NCBI GenBank assembly: GCA_964187785.1
Contig: OZ076409.1
Span: forward strand, 62,870,001-62,934,000
DNA length: 64,000 bases
DNA from: Amphiscolops sp. MND2022
Lineage: Eukaryota
Direction of reading: 5' to 3'
Every line of letters starts with the position of its first letter. Position 1 is the first letter of the stretch. The notes below the pieces were generated by a model, which was not told the DNA's origin, did no database searches, and saw only the letters and a list, made by a program, of their open reading frames with translations. Shown here piece after piece: positions 1 to 12,800 of the stretch. Both the position numbers and the translations under genes were made by a program.

Positions 1-584
1 CTGGTTATCGGTTTGAAGCAATTGTTTCATTTAAAATAAGCGAGGACACTAGTATTATTGGGGGAAAAGACACAAACGGAGGGAGAGATTTTTGCTGGTG
101 GTTTGAATAATGCAGTTAAATTTTTGCTCCGGGCTTCCATGGGGTAATTTTGAGGGAAAATCATTGTGTAAAATCCAAATGCGGTACTCTTTGAGCTCTT
201 TTTGCTTCCGTATGCATACAAAAGATCAATCTAGTCAAAGGAGTCGATGTTCCGACCAAAGAACCGAAAATGTCAAACATAATTATGCTTTGAATGTTTT
301 CAGTGAAGCCGATTCTGGCGCCAGCTTTCTAATATTTTGATCGTTTGCGACCATGTCGAAACGAAAAGAACCTAAAAGGTCTCAACTTCTGATTTATTGG
401 TTGCTGTGAGACAAACACAGTTTGCTGTGAGAATTCAAAGAACTTACTGCTTTTCGACGCTTAATCGAGAGACACTTTAAAAAGCGGCCGTATGCATGTT
501 TTTTATTCTCATTCTAAAGTAGCACTATGAGCAACATGATTTTCTCTTTTGTTTTCTCTGACGTCATAACCAGTGATGTTTCAG

Positions 585-810
585 ATTGAACTACCTGGAG
601 TGGACGACTGACCCCGTGGATTTATGGTCTTCCTCCACCAGCCAGGCGTATCAAGAGATGGAGCACTTCAACCACAACTTTGGGCCCTTCTACCGCATAG
701 AGCAGATCATCATCAAACTCAGCCCAAACCACACTCTGGCGGCGCCCCATATCAAGAAACACAAGAGCTCTACCTTCAGTCCCCTGTTCGCCAAAGAAAT
801 TCTACATGAC
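585..810 (+). CDS. NPC1: NPC1 exon 1 in window (start of luminal domain C)
   Basis: tttcag|a acceptor at 583-584; [15 protein letters not shown]...EILHD; donor gtaagc at 811. Confidence 0.93.
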
Positions 811-3800
811 GTAAGCCAAACCAATCACTCCATGTTCCAGTAAGCATTTAGGTTTCATCAGTCTTCGTATTTGGCATTCTAATACTAAACATTACAGCTT
901 GAAATGAAAGGTCTTGTGTATTTTTGAACGTTATACCCTTCAAACGCTTCAAACCTTCTGCCATTTTGCAAATATTGCTGGCTTTATAAATTTTCATAAA
1001 AATTGAAAAGACCTGCTTCTTAAACTCCATTAAGGAGCGGTCCATTATGTGTCTTGCTTATAGGTAGTTGTATTAGTTTTCGGAGTTTTCTCGTATATTT
1101 TTTTGTAGTGAAGCAAAGTAATTGCCAAACCAAATAATGCAAAACAATGAAAAAATGAAAGCGTAACCCATTTTCACGATTCTTGCTGTGATATAAAAAT
1201 GGGCTTCTACGCAATAAAGCTTGTAGGTTATCCTCAACTTTACAATTCGTATAAATTACGTAGATGGGCTGAAATTAAATACGCCAAAATTGGCTGATAC
1301 AATATTTCAGCATAATAATGGATAATGTAATAAATGTTCATCCTCGTTTTTCCATAATTACAGCACTGCGACATCCGTTGCCCTTTATGGTGGAGTGAAA
1401 AAAGTAGTTGCTACCCATCTATCTTTGAAAAAATAAGGCAATATCGCTGCTCAATTTAGGTGCTATATCTGCAAGAGAATATCACCAAGTTGGTTGCGTG
1501 GTCAGAAAAGCATGAGCGAAATGTGACCTTGTCTGACATATGTTTCAAACCCATGGCACCTGTGAACCCACATTGCGCAATTCTCAGTCCCACCGAGTGG
1601 TTCCAGAACTCACACGAGAACATTGATCACATCATATACGGGACGGGACGAAGACGTAGAATACCCATGGCAACACATTATCAGCATTTGGAAGCTTGCA
1701 TAAAGTAATTAGTTATGATTAACAGTCCCGAAGGTACAACGAGTACCAGTTAGTTACGCAAAAATGTCCAATTCTTTTCCTTGTACTACTCTGCCGTTCC
1801 TATTAGAAGTCGCCCGCCCCTCTTACTGTCTGAGCCCTGATATTATTGACGCCCCCTCTCTAATTAAGACCCCTTCTATTGTTTTTCTAGGATATAAAAG
1901 AAATGATTCCTGAGCAAATCGGATTTAGAGTTTTCGACAGACCTAAGAGTTTTCATGGAAAATTTGAGGATTTCATGAGCAATAGCCCCACACTGCCCTA
2001 CTGTATAATAATTTCTGATAGATAATCAAATTGGCAAGTCGTCAAGCCGAGAGTTACCCAATTGGTTATGACAAGAACGTATGGAATAGTAATTTACCAA
2101 GAAAAATGTCTATACTCGCTGCAATTGGAATCCCTTAATGTTAATAGTCGCCTAATTTCGATTGGACCCCTCTAAATATAACCCCAACTCTTGATAGAAA
2201 TTATAGAGTGCGAATGTCATTTTCGTTTTCCTTTCTGATTTATTTTTTGAAAAAAAGTAGTGGAAGTGATCAGATGTATGAAATTTGCCTATTTTTCATT
2301 TAATTGGTATAGCACATAGCAAACGTGCGGTAGTTTGCTTTCTTACATATTATACGTGTTTGTAACTGAAGAAATTCAATTTCCTATTTCAAATCCACAT
2401 CTGAATATTCACAAACATTTGAAGAAAAAATGACGAATCTCTCGATACTTGCATCGTCTCAATGATAAAATTTCATCTGTTATGCTTTACCTTTTCAGCA
2501 ATTAAATGGAAAAAATCATACAATTAGGTATTTCACACATCGGGGCAAATAAGATTTTACCATGGAAAGAAGCCAATCATGCTTTGAAGGCAACGGCGTC
2601 ATGAAAATGGCAATTTTATTCCAGCTGTGCCCAATATGATGACTTTCCGTTTTACGTGTTGGAATGCTTCCACCCCCCTGTTTTTATCATAGCTTTTTCC
2701 CAGGTTTTTGACTTGAGTTATTCATTTTAGGTCACCCATCCAAATGGACGATATGACTGAATTTCATGCTTCTTGCTTAGCTTCATGTGGAGGCCCTGTT
2801 GATCCTATGGTTGCACTCGGAGGCTTTTCAGGTTGATCTTTAAACCTTCAAATATAACCCATGTGAACAATGAAATTTCAAACTTTCAGTCCAAAATTTT
2901 CACATTGGCCCAAGCATTTAGTTGTGTCTTCGAGGGCACGCTTACCACCCGCATTGCGGACAGAACATACGATGTGGAGATGCCGAAGACACCGGTTTCG
3001 AGCCTGATTAGCTGTAAAGTCATTTTTAGTTTTTGGAGCTATTGGGCTAGAAATTTCATTTCGTAGCTATGAATGCGAACCGAAGGAGTGTTTGATGTTT
3101 AAACAATCCTTTAAAAATGAAAGAATTAATTTGGAAGTTATTGTGGCTTTTCATTGCTGAGAAGTCCCTATTGAACTTTATTTTTGGAAAAATGTTAGAA
3201 ATGTTTTGACCGACAATGTCATTCTTGACAAACAAGTCGAGTGGTACGATAATCTCGCCATTTTTGTGAACATTAATCAATACCATCCAAATGGATTGTA
3301 GGTCATCAAAAATATCGGTTAAGTAATCATCATGTTGTTTGATACATCTGAAAATATTTGGAGATGTTCTTGAAATGTTGAATTTGTAAATAAATGTTAT
3401 TAGATGAAGTTCAGTTCCGACTGAATGACCCAAAATATTGTAAGTATGCTCTACATGTAAATGTATGCATCTATGTATCCCATGTGTTCTACATGTACGA
3501 ATGTGCCGTTTCCTGAAGTGAAACATTCTCCTATGTTCTTTCTATCACGAAGAGTATCCATTTTTCCCCTCACCGGCGATTTGTTGCACGTTACAAGTCA
3601 TGCATAGTCATTATACTGTAGAGTGTGGTTCCAAAAAGATGTCATTTGGCGTCTTTGAAGTTCAAACTATCGGCAGTTTTCGGCTTTACTTTGGAAAAAC
3701 TATTAAAATATTAACTTGTCTGTGTAACTAACTGTTTTAGATGACCGATTTTGCAAAAGATGCACTCTTCTTGTTTATAAGGTTTCCAAACTTAAAGCTA

Positions 3801-6800
3801 TAATCATTACACTTGCGATAAGCAAGTGTTATGGGAAAGTGCGGGTGCTTTTTTTCCGCGCGACAACTCTCATTTCACGCGGCAAGTCGCACATTTCACG
3901 CGATCGTGGTCTAGTGGTTAAGATGCTTGCTTTTCAACCCAGGGGTTTCGTGTTCGAACCCGTAGGTATGCGCTTATTTTTTTAGGTATTCCGAAGCAGA
4001 AGATTCTCACTTTTTTCGGCACTATGAGACTTTTCGGCTCTGTGAGATTTTTTTTCGAAATTTTTAAATGTCCCCAAAGAGTCCTTTCATTTTTTTTGAT
4101 ATTTTTCAACAGAACGAATGTTAAAAATCCCAAAGGGTCCTTTTTTCAAAATTTTCGGCACTATGAGACTGTTCAAAATTCTCACTTTTTGTTTTTTTCG
4201 AAATTATTTTGAAGACTCTTTTCTCATTTGTTGTTTTTTTTCTAAAAATTTTTAACCTCGACAGTACACCGAGAAGTTGAAAAAGTGACAAAAAATAAGA
4301 AAAAATTTTTCAAAGCCTAATTTCTCCACGAATAATAGCGACAGCTCAAATCAGTTTTATGCTCCTGAAAGCCCTTTACCTAAGCTTTCAAATGGACACT
4401 AGTTAGGCTGGGAGTTGGCGCCACTTTTGTGGTGAGAACGCCACCCCGGCGGCACGGGCCCGGCTTTGCCGGGCCTTTCAAATGACACTGGAACTTTTCG
4501 CTGAAGCTTCATTAAAAAAACTTCTATATGCGGTTTCAATGGTGGCAAGTTGTGTTACTAGAGTGTGACAGTAACTTAGCAAACAGTTGCTGTGTTATTG
4601 AGAAAAAGTTAATTTTCTGAAAAGTATTTTTTTGCAAATTTTCACTTTTTTCTAGTTACCTTTTTGCCGGTGGTTCGGAAAACAAACTATATTTACACAA
4701 ATAACAACTCGCCCCAGGTAGTCCAATAGATTGTTGATTAGAAAAACAAAACTTCGTTTTCCTATGCTTTTTGCGTTTCGTAATATTTTATTGATTGTGA
4801 AAAAAATCGCTGTCTTCATTTGGGGACAAAAGCATTGTCGAGGTTAATGTCTACAAAGGGTCCAAAATTTTTCCCTCAATTTTCTGTTTTTTGCACATGA
4901 CGAAGTCAATGTGCATTGCAGTCCAGCTAAGTAAGTTTTTTTCCACTATAGTCAACTTCTTAATGAGCGCCTTTTAGATAAAAGCCAAAACCCCAGAGAG
5001 ATTCGAACCTGCAGCCTCCCGATTGCACGGCATACGTGTTGACCACTGTGCCATAGGGACGTTATTGAACAAAGTTGAACTGTTGAATATATACGCATGC
5101 GATTAAAATAATATATATACGCATATTAAAATTATCTTCGTCATGTGTTGCGAAGCACCGCTTCGCCTCTGTGTTAAAGGTTTTTCGTTGAGAAAGATGC
5201 GTTTTTTGCTGTTTTCAGTTGAGGAAGAATGGTTTTCGAGACTTATGCGTATCCTTTCGGGTATTTTTTGGCGCTGTATATTGTAAAATTCATGAAATTT
5301 TAATGTCCTTTTACCCTTGGTTCTCCTTATGATATTGCTGATTTGGTTTTCTTCAAAAGTTCGCAAGTGTTTGCGAAGCACGGCTTCGCCTCTGTGTTGT
5401 AAATGGGGTTGTTCGAAGTATTTTTCTCGGAATAGAAGTAGCATTTTTCTTGTGCAAGTTCCATGCCTATAAAGATTGAAAGTAGACTTTAAAGACCATG
5501 GCATTGTGTTTTTATAGAGCAGCACCGTCGCTTTTGGCGTGCTTCAATGTGCATGTAAAGCATGAACCATACCAGACACGCCACTGTTTGTAGCGTTTCT
5601 ACAACAAATTCATCTAAATTTGGCACTTCCACAAATGCAGTCAATGGGACTTCGTTCCTAGTAGTTCCGACTGAAGAAGACCTTTAAAAATTCATGTCTT
5701 CCAAAAATGCTTCTTCATTGCTTTTTGTACATGTACAAATGATGCTAGTTTCACGATTCATCACGAACATGATTCGTCAGAAATCTTAGAAGTGAATTTG
5801 ATCTGCAGGGATTTATGTCGTTGATTTATTAAGGTTTATATCATATTTTTGGCACCGCGACAATTCGTACAAACGACATTTCGTACAATAGCCAAAAACC
5901 CGACATTTCGTACACGGACAATTGGTACGAAAATGAAACCGGACATTTCGTACAAAAGACATTTCGTACAAAATTTAATTGAACAGAATTGCAAAATAGG
6001 TCTCAAACAAGAGAATTACTAGCTTTCAGTGCTATTACAGCCAATATGTATGGAACTTGATTCAATTAAAGGGTTAGCATATATGTTGTATGGCTCGGTC
6101 GCTTCGCTCCCTTCGCCAAGTAGCAACATTGAGGCATGGCCAAATGGCACGTCGCTCCGCTTCGCTTCGCTCCTGCATTTAGGGCACTAGGGGTATGTGA
6201 ACATAGCTGACTACGTTATAATAATTTGTATAATATAAACTGCACGAAATGTCGGGTTTCATATTGTACGAAATGTCCGGTTTCGCTTTTGTACGAAATG
6301 TCTGGTTTTGGTTTTTGCACGAGATGTCGTGTGTACGAAATGTCGTGTGTACGAATTGTCGTGCCCCCATATTTTTAATCGACGCACTTTGTGAATGTGC
6401 CCGGCTTTTAAAATGACTATAGATTTCGTTTTTTTCCGTCAGATGACAATATATCACTTTTTGTGTTAGTTTTTTGCTTCACTTTTTTTACAGACTTGAA
6501 TATAAACGGTACCGAAAAATATAAACGGCGTTGAATATAAACGGTACCGAAAATAGGCAAACTTTTTTGATTATAGATTTTACCAAAAATGTAAAAGCTA
6601 TATATGACCAAATGGTCCTCCCCTTAATTTTTTCGCATTGCGGACTTTTCGGAATGTTTCATTTCACTAAAGAGGAGATTAGGTTTTTGGATATTTTCAG
6701 TCAAGAAAATGGTGTCCCTCTTTGAATAATTTTCGAATTTTTCATTTAAACAGTCTTTTGACATATTAAAACGTCTTTGTATTTTTAACCTGAAGCGGGG

Positions 6801-9800
6801 CGTTCCCGTGTCATTTCAATTAATATCAAGAAAATGTGATTTTTGGAATTTTCATTACATGTTTTGTCTCAATAATGCTGTTGTTTTATGGATGCATTCA
6901 CGACAAAAAAAAGAACATTTTGAGGCAACCAAAAACTGGTGAACTGCTTTGTGTGAAATTAATCAGTAAAAACTTTGACCGAAGCAAATGTACAAAAAGT
7001 TGACATGATTCATTAACAGAGAAACTTTCGTAAATATTATCATTAATATTATACTAAAATTTAGAAATGTTTTTGTTTCAAAAATGTCGGATATTATTCC
7101 ATCCTTGCTGCTTTTTCGAACTCATTGAGTCTATGGGAAAATCAAGGAAAAGAAATGCTTTCTGTTTCTATTTGATATCAAACCCACCGCGGAGTTTGTT
7201 CACATATGAGTTTGTAGCGCCAATTGAACGGTACTATTTGACCTAAAAGTCCGTTACGGGCCCATTTTCCCAGATCTAATTTTGGATTTGCGTTTCTCGA
7301 TTACCTGGTTTTCAAACAAGCTTGTTTGACTAATAAGTGGCGTCAAATTTGGGTTTATTTGATGTTAAACATAGAATGTAGGTCCTGGTTTGGTCTTGGT
7401 CTCAATGCATCGCCTGTTCCTCACATGCATTTGAGGTGACTAGTAATACACATGTACATGTATCACATGATCTCCCTTCGCGTTTGCGGCCCATGTTTCT
7501 TCATGTTGCCCATGTTTTTATTCTGCTCTACTACTGTATGTACATTATATTGGGCTTATAACTATCTGCTTATTTAACGAACACTAGGTAGTGATTCCTT
7601 CGTTTCGCAATATTTGAAAATAACTATTTTATCATATAATTACCATCATATCTCTTTATACCGACCAAAATTATATGGCGTCGTTTGAATTTTTGCCGTT
7701 TTGATAGCAGCCAAGCCCGGAAATTTTCCGATAAAGCATTACCTAGCGGAAAACATCAAAACACGCATTTTACTTCCTATAACAGTTGTCCGTCATTAGA
7801 TCAATTTTTGTACGCACAATTTTTCAAAGCAGTAGTAATTTAGTTTGTCAAATAAATCAAACAAATGGTAACAATTCTGAAAAGTTTTGTTTTGGTAATA
7901 CTGAAATGAAATATGAATAGCAGCACGATTGAACTTAATTTTGGAACGGAATTGAATGAATAGTTTATATGCAGCTGTTTTTTCCACTGCAAGCTTGACT
8001 GCATCAACATTTTCGTCGCTCTTGGAAAAGATGCTTTTCATTTTGGAAGGACATGTGCATCCAGATAACACTTACGTCGATCCGGAGTTGAATATACATA
8101 CATTCTCCTGCAATTGATGTTTACTTTTGATAGAAGGTAAAGTTGTAATAAAAAGGCATTGAGACAAGATGGTAGAGGTTTCTCAATTTTCTGATAAGTG
8201 ATTTCAACATTTTTAGAGATTTGAGGAATCCGAAAACTTCAGCGTTTATTTTAGTCATCACTATATGAGATAGCGAACCGATTATTATTGCAATTTTTTG
8301 TCAATTGTTTTTTCAATCCTCTCAAAACGAGCTTCAGTAATTCTTCAAAAAGTTTTACGCGCGTCAAATAAATTAAGAGCATGGATTTGCCGAATGCCAA
8401 AACATCGATATCGATCCCAGAGAGATGCATTTTTTGTCTTATTCGATAAAACAGGAAAAATGCTTTGCATACAACAGGAACGGGTTTTCTTGTCAATTGA
8501 TCACTTGCCAAACGAATTGACTGCTACCCGGAAGGCTGTTGGCTCAAAAGACTTTTGAATACTTCCTTTCTCGATTAAAAAATTATGAACGACATTGGTT
8601 AGATTTTCGGGAATTCAAAAATTATTTCTGTAGTCAATCCAAAATGCGGAGTACTTGTTCACTTGATGATAATACATACCAATAGTTTTTGGTTCAGCTA
8701 AATATTAGAAAAACAAGGGAACGTCTAATGTCGGCGCTATATCTAAGGCTCAAAGTTTTTAAAATTGTACAAGGGGGGACTCTTTCGGCTTTTTGAAAAT
8801 CCAGTTTGTTGCAAAAAATCAAAAATTTGAAGGGGGACCGTTTGGTGACAATAACTGTGGAAAAAAGTCGCATAGTGCCGAAAAACTCAAAGGGCGGACC
8901 CTTTGCACTGACTTGGATGCGTTTCCGTTTGCCGGTCCAGTAGATTAGTAGTTCTGTAAAAAGTGTCCACTACGCATACATTGTTATCTGACGAAAAAAA
9001 ACTTGCCGCTGTAATAGTCGGGCTCATTTTGTTAAAATGCGCCGACTAATAGGTTTAAAGTTCGTCCAAAAGTTACATTATTTGCCACTTTCGATGAAAA
9101 GCTAGTGAAAAACAATTTTCTCTAAGCACCAAAAATAGAATAGGTCATGCTATTTCTAGAGTTTCCCAAATAATGCGAAGTTCCTTGAATCTACCCATCA
9201 AAAGCTTGATATAGCGGACAACTGTCGGATTTGTGTTTGACAAAAGTTTGGGATTCATTATTTCATTTGATGTTTTCCGCGGAAGATCTTTACAGCCCAC
9301 TAAAGATGTCATGCATGCAAAATGTGTTTTTATCAATGTTCCAAAGCGTGAACTTTTCCCTCTGGTTGTTGTTTTTGTTTTTGTTCACTTTTCTGTTTGA
9401 TTTTAGATTCCGAGTTTGAGAAAGCCCAGGCGTTTGTTGTCACTTTCATGGTGAGAAACAGCCTGGACCGAAAAGAGCGCGAACTTGCTGAGGATTTCGA
9501 AGCTGAGTAAGAGTCTTGCTATGAAATTGATTGCTCCCGAATGAAGGATATAAATTCACACAGCCCTGTATATTTCGCCATTAATTTTTAAGTGGACCCT
9601 AATATTAGGTTATTTTTTATTGTTAAAATTTAGGTGGGTTACATTAGGAAGGTTACATTGTTAAAAAGTTCTAATTAGTTGTTCAACCATTTAACCTTTG
9701 TAAATCTTGTAACAGTTATCGCTACACCATTCTGAAGCTGAAGTGGGATTTTAACCATTGGCAATGAATTGATTTTGCTAGAACAGAAACTAGCAGTTCT

Positions 9801-12800
9801 CAACTGGTGAATTGTCGAAGATGCCAAAGTTTCGAAACTTAGTGCATGAAATGTTTTTTTTCCAGCTCAGATTATCAAATACTTAGAATGCTTATAGTGG
9901 ACAAAACGTTTGGTGTTCAGAATTCTTCATGTTTCCTCAATTAAGACGAGTCCTTGAACGTTTGAGGAATTTAACCGCAATGGTTCAACTATATGGAATA
10001 TGTTAAAAACAGTTTAACTATTAAACTTTAAACCACTTGTTGAAAAGTTAATTTTAATTTGTTGATTAGTGTAATTAAAGGACCCAAAAACAGGGATCTT
10101 TCGAACATAATCAACAAAATTGGGCAACCCGGAAAATATCCAATTTTGTGCTGGTATTCTATACATCGTCTTCTACCAGCTGATTATACAACACTAACTC
10201 TAATTGTTTATACCAGTGCACACCAGCGGTATCTTTGGTAATTTTTAAAGGTGACGAGTAAGTTTGAATACATAGATTCTCAATCTTCTGAATTTCAAAA
10301 TAAGGTTTATATTCTGAAATTTTCATCAAGTTTATCACCACCAGGTAAGAAATTGAGAGGAATTTCCGAAATAGTTTCAGATATTGTCAATTTTAAAATC
10401 CACGAGAATTCTTCAGAAAAACGTTGAATTTATTTTTCGAGTTACTAAATTGAAAGGTTCCAAAGAGGTGGTTGCACGGCCGTCACTGATGCACAATAGT
10501 TTGTTACCAATTAAAAATATCTTACATGGCAACGGTTTTTGTACCGCTGAAAAACAGGTTTTCAATGTTTTCACCGGAGACCTGTTTGAAGAAAACTAAT
10601 TGTGGGGAGGGGTTCAAAATATAATGGATTGCCTTTCTTCTTAACTTGATGGAAACACAAGGAATAGCGTGTAATGATCAAATACATTGGCTGTTGAATG
10701 TAAAGCGCCTTGTTTCCATTTTCTCCAAAACAGGATGTATAACGTGTGGAAAATTTGGTTAAAATAGTCATTAGTGAATCAAACATTGATGCCTTTCGAA
10801 CTCCGAGTTGTTTTTACGAAAATAAACAACGGTGAAGGACAAATTTGAAAAGCAATTTTGTTCCCATGTAACGATTTTGTTGTCTGACAATTCTTGACCA
10901 CTGTGTAAATGACATAAAAATAAATTCATGCTCAGGAAGTGAATACATCATCAGTGTAATATGTTCATGTTATTTTTTTTTTTTTTTAAAAATTAAATTA
11001 CTTTGTAATCATGGTTAAGGGTATCATAAATGAAATAACTTACAACTTTAAAACATCACATCAAGCACAATGTTCATGTTAATTTTTGAATGATTTCAAA
11101 CAGCATTCCGACGTTGCTTGTTGCAGAGCAAATATGGTTGAATTAAAACAAACAAAAATCAAGTGACCATAGCACGGTCGGTAGAGTATGGGGCTCGGAA
11201 TTTGAAGGTTATCGGTTCGATTCCCGAAACCGTCAAATATTTGCTACTTCTGAAAATAGTAAAATATATTTTTCAAATATCATTCAAATAATTTGCTATC
11301 TCGAAACTTTAATTTGTTTAATTATATTTGTAAACAATATTGATCTTTTGCAAGTTGTTTCGATTTATTCACTGATGTCTTTGAATGTTTAAAACATTGC
11401 TAACAAAAAACTCTTTGCAAACGGACTGTATTCACCCGAAGGCTTACAGTTTAACAAGGTGGCCATAGAGAGGCACGAATAAATTTTCAAAACTGTGAAC
11501 TTTGACTTATCTGCGGCATTCTCTTTCTGCGTGTACTTGTTTCTTCACTCCAACGAATATTTTGTTCTCGTTCACGATAAACTCGATTGGATTGAATTCC
11601 CACTCAGTAAAGTCATTATTCATTCAAAATGCTTTTCCTGGCTTATCTACCATATGTGACCTCCAAATGAACGACTGCTTTTAACGACCTTCCGCATGCG
11701 ACGTGCGATGAGGAATTCAACAAATTCTATCATTGGCCATTTTTCACGAAGTATTGAACTGTGAACGAATGCAATGTTGTACACATGAGTTCGTGGACTT
11801 CCAGCTCCAACGAAGAGTGACCAGAAGAACCCCCCGTAGTGAACACGAATGTTCCCAACGAAACCCAGAGATACACCCGAAGAACCCCATGACTGTGAGT
11901 TACTTGAAAGAACGAAGATTCTTGAAAACATCTTGAAAATTTTTTGAAAACTTTGATACCCCGAAAGAAGTGTTATTGTTCTAATCTTCGAGATAGCAAA
12001 GTTTCTTGAAATATTAACCAAAACATGCCGCTTTTAGAAGTAAATTAGAAGTAAATCGTGAAAGCAAATAAACTAATAAGCGCAGTGAAAAAAAATTCTT
12101 AAAACTGGTTGTAAAGTTTGTGCCTTGTATTGCAGGAAGCTCTCGAAAATTCGTTGACCCAGACCCATCTCTCTACATTTCGCCAAAAAAGTTGCTTAGA
12201 AACATACATTTTCCTGAGCTTTTTTGTTAAGAAACAATGTGAGTGCATTTTAATGGTGTTTATTGTAGCAGCTAGTTCCTTGCACCTTGCAATAGAAACG
12301 TTAACTCCCGATGAAAAAGAACGTTATGAAGGCAAAATTGTCTCTATCCCGGGCCTAAGTCTTAATCCTAACACGAAAAATCCCAAGAAGATTGTTCAAA
12401 ATTTACTTTCGAAAGATCTGAAAGATAAAAAAGACATTGTGATTTGGCATGATGTTTTGAACAATAGTATTTCGAAACATGATAGCAACAATTTCCGTGC
12501 GTTATCAGTGCTAGATCTAATTAAAACATTGAAAAGTCTTCAAGACAAGCTTTGTGCTCTGGTGTATTGCCAACGTTACCGCACCCCGCACATTTTCGAA
12601 GAATTGAAAGTTTTGCAAACTGATCATAATATCAAAGTGTTCAGTATCGTCAAAGATTTTATATCCGTGAAAAAACAAAAGGATCCCGAGATTCTTAAAC
12701 AATTCAAGGCGTTGCATCAGAGCCCAGAGCTTGAACTGAAGAATTTGGATTTTGTTCTTCGTAAAGAGAATGATCTCAGTAAAATAACTGATAAAAGCCG

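Larger units (their letters stand above)
3809..5398 (+). mobile_element. Helentron/HINE-like non-autonomous element (outer), with nested insertions
   Basis: 5' palindrome acacttgc-gataa-gcaagtgt (3809-3829); reverse-complement subterminal repeat tcgcaagtgt (5361-5370) followed by hairpin gcgaagc-acg-gcttcgc (5373-5389); no TSD seen. Confidence 0.65.

Noticed and set aside
3900..5061. Functional tRNA genes
   Set aside because: A and B boxes are present but the cloverleaf stems are broken and both lie inside repeats.
2850..10900. Antisense coding-like patches in NPC1 introns (e.g. 3056-3526, 7796-8560, 10159-10786) as a nested gene
   Set aside because: Frames break with stops, I could not build a consistent exon chain, and no family is recognisable. 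A decayed pseudogene cannot be excluded.
11163..11235. LTR tRNA as a functional UGA suppressor for the TGA-rich ORF
   Set aside because: The anticodon position reads CGG, not TCA, and the acceptor, anticodon and T stems do not pair.
11629..12250. Multi-selenocysteine protein
   Set aside because: Contexts fit Trp better than Cys/Sec and I saw no convincing SECIS by eye. Disfavoured rather than excluded; a SECIS search is needed.
12118..12252. TTG-initiated N-terminal extension of the SGNH-like ORF
   Set aside because: The SGNH block I starts right at ATG 12253, and the extension overlaps another protein-like frame.
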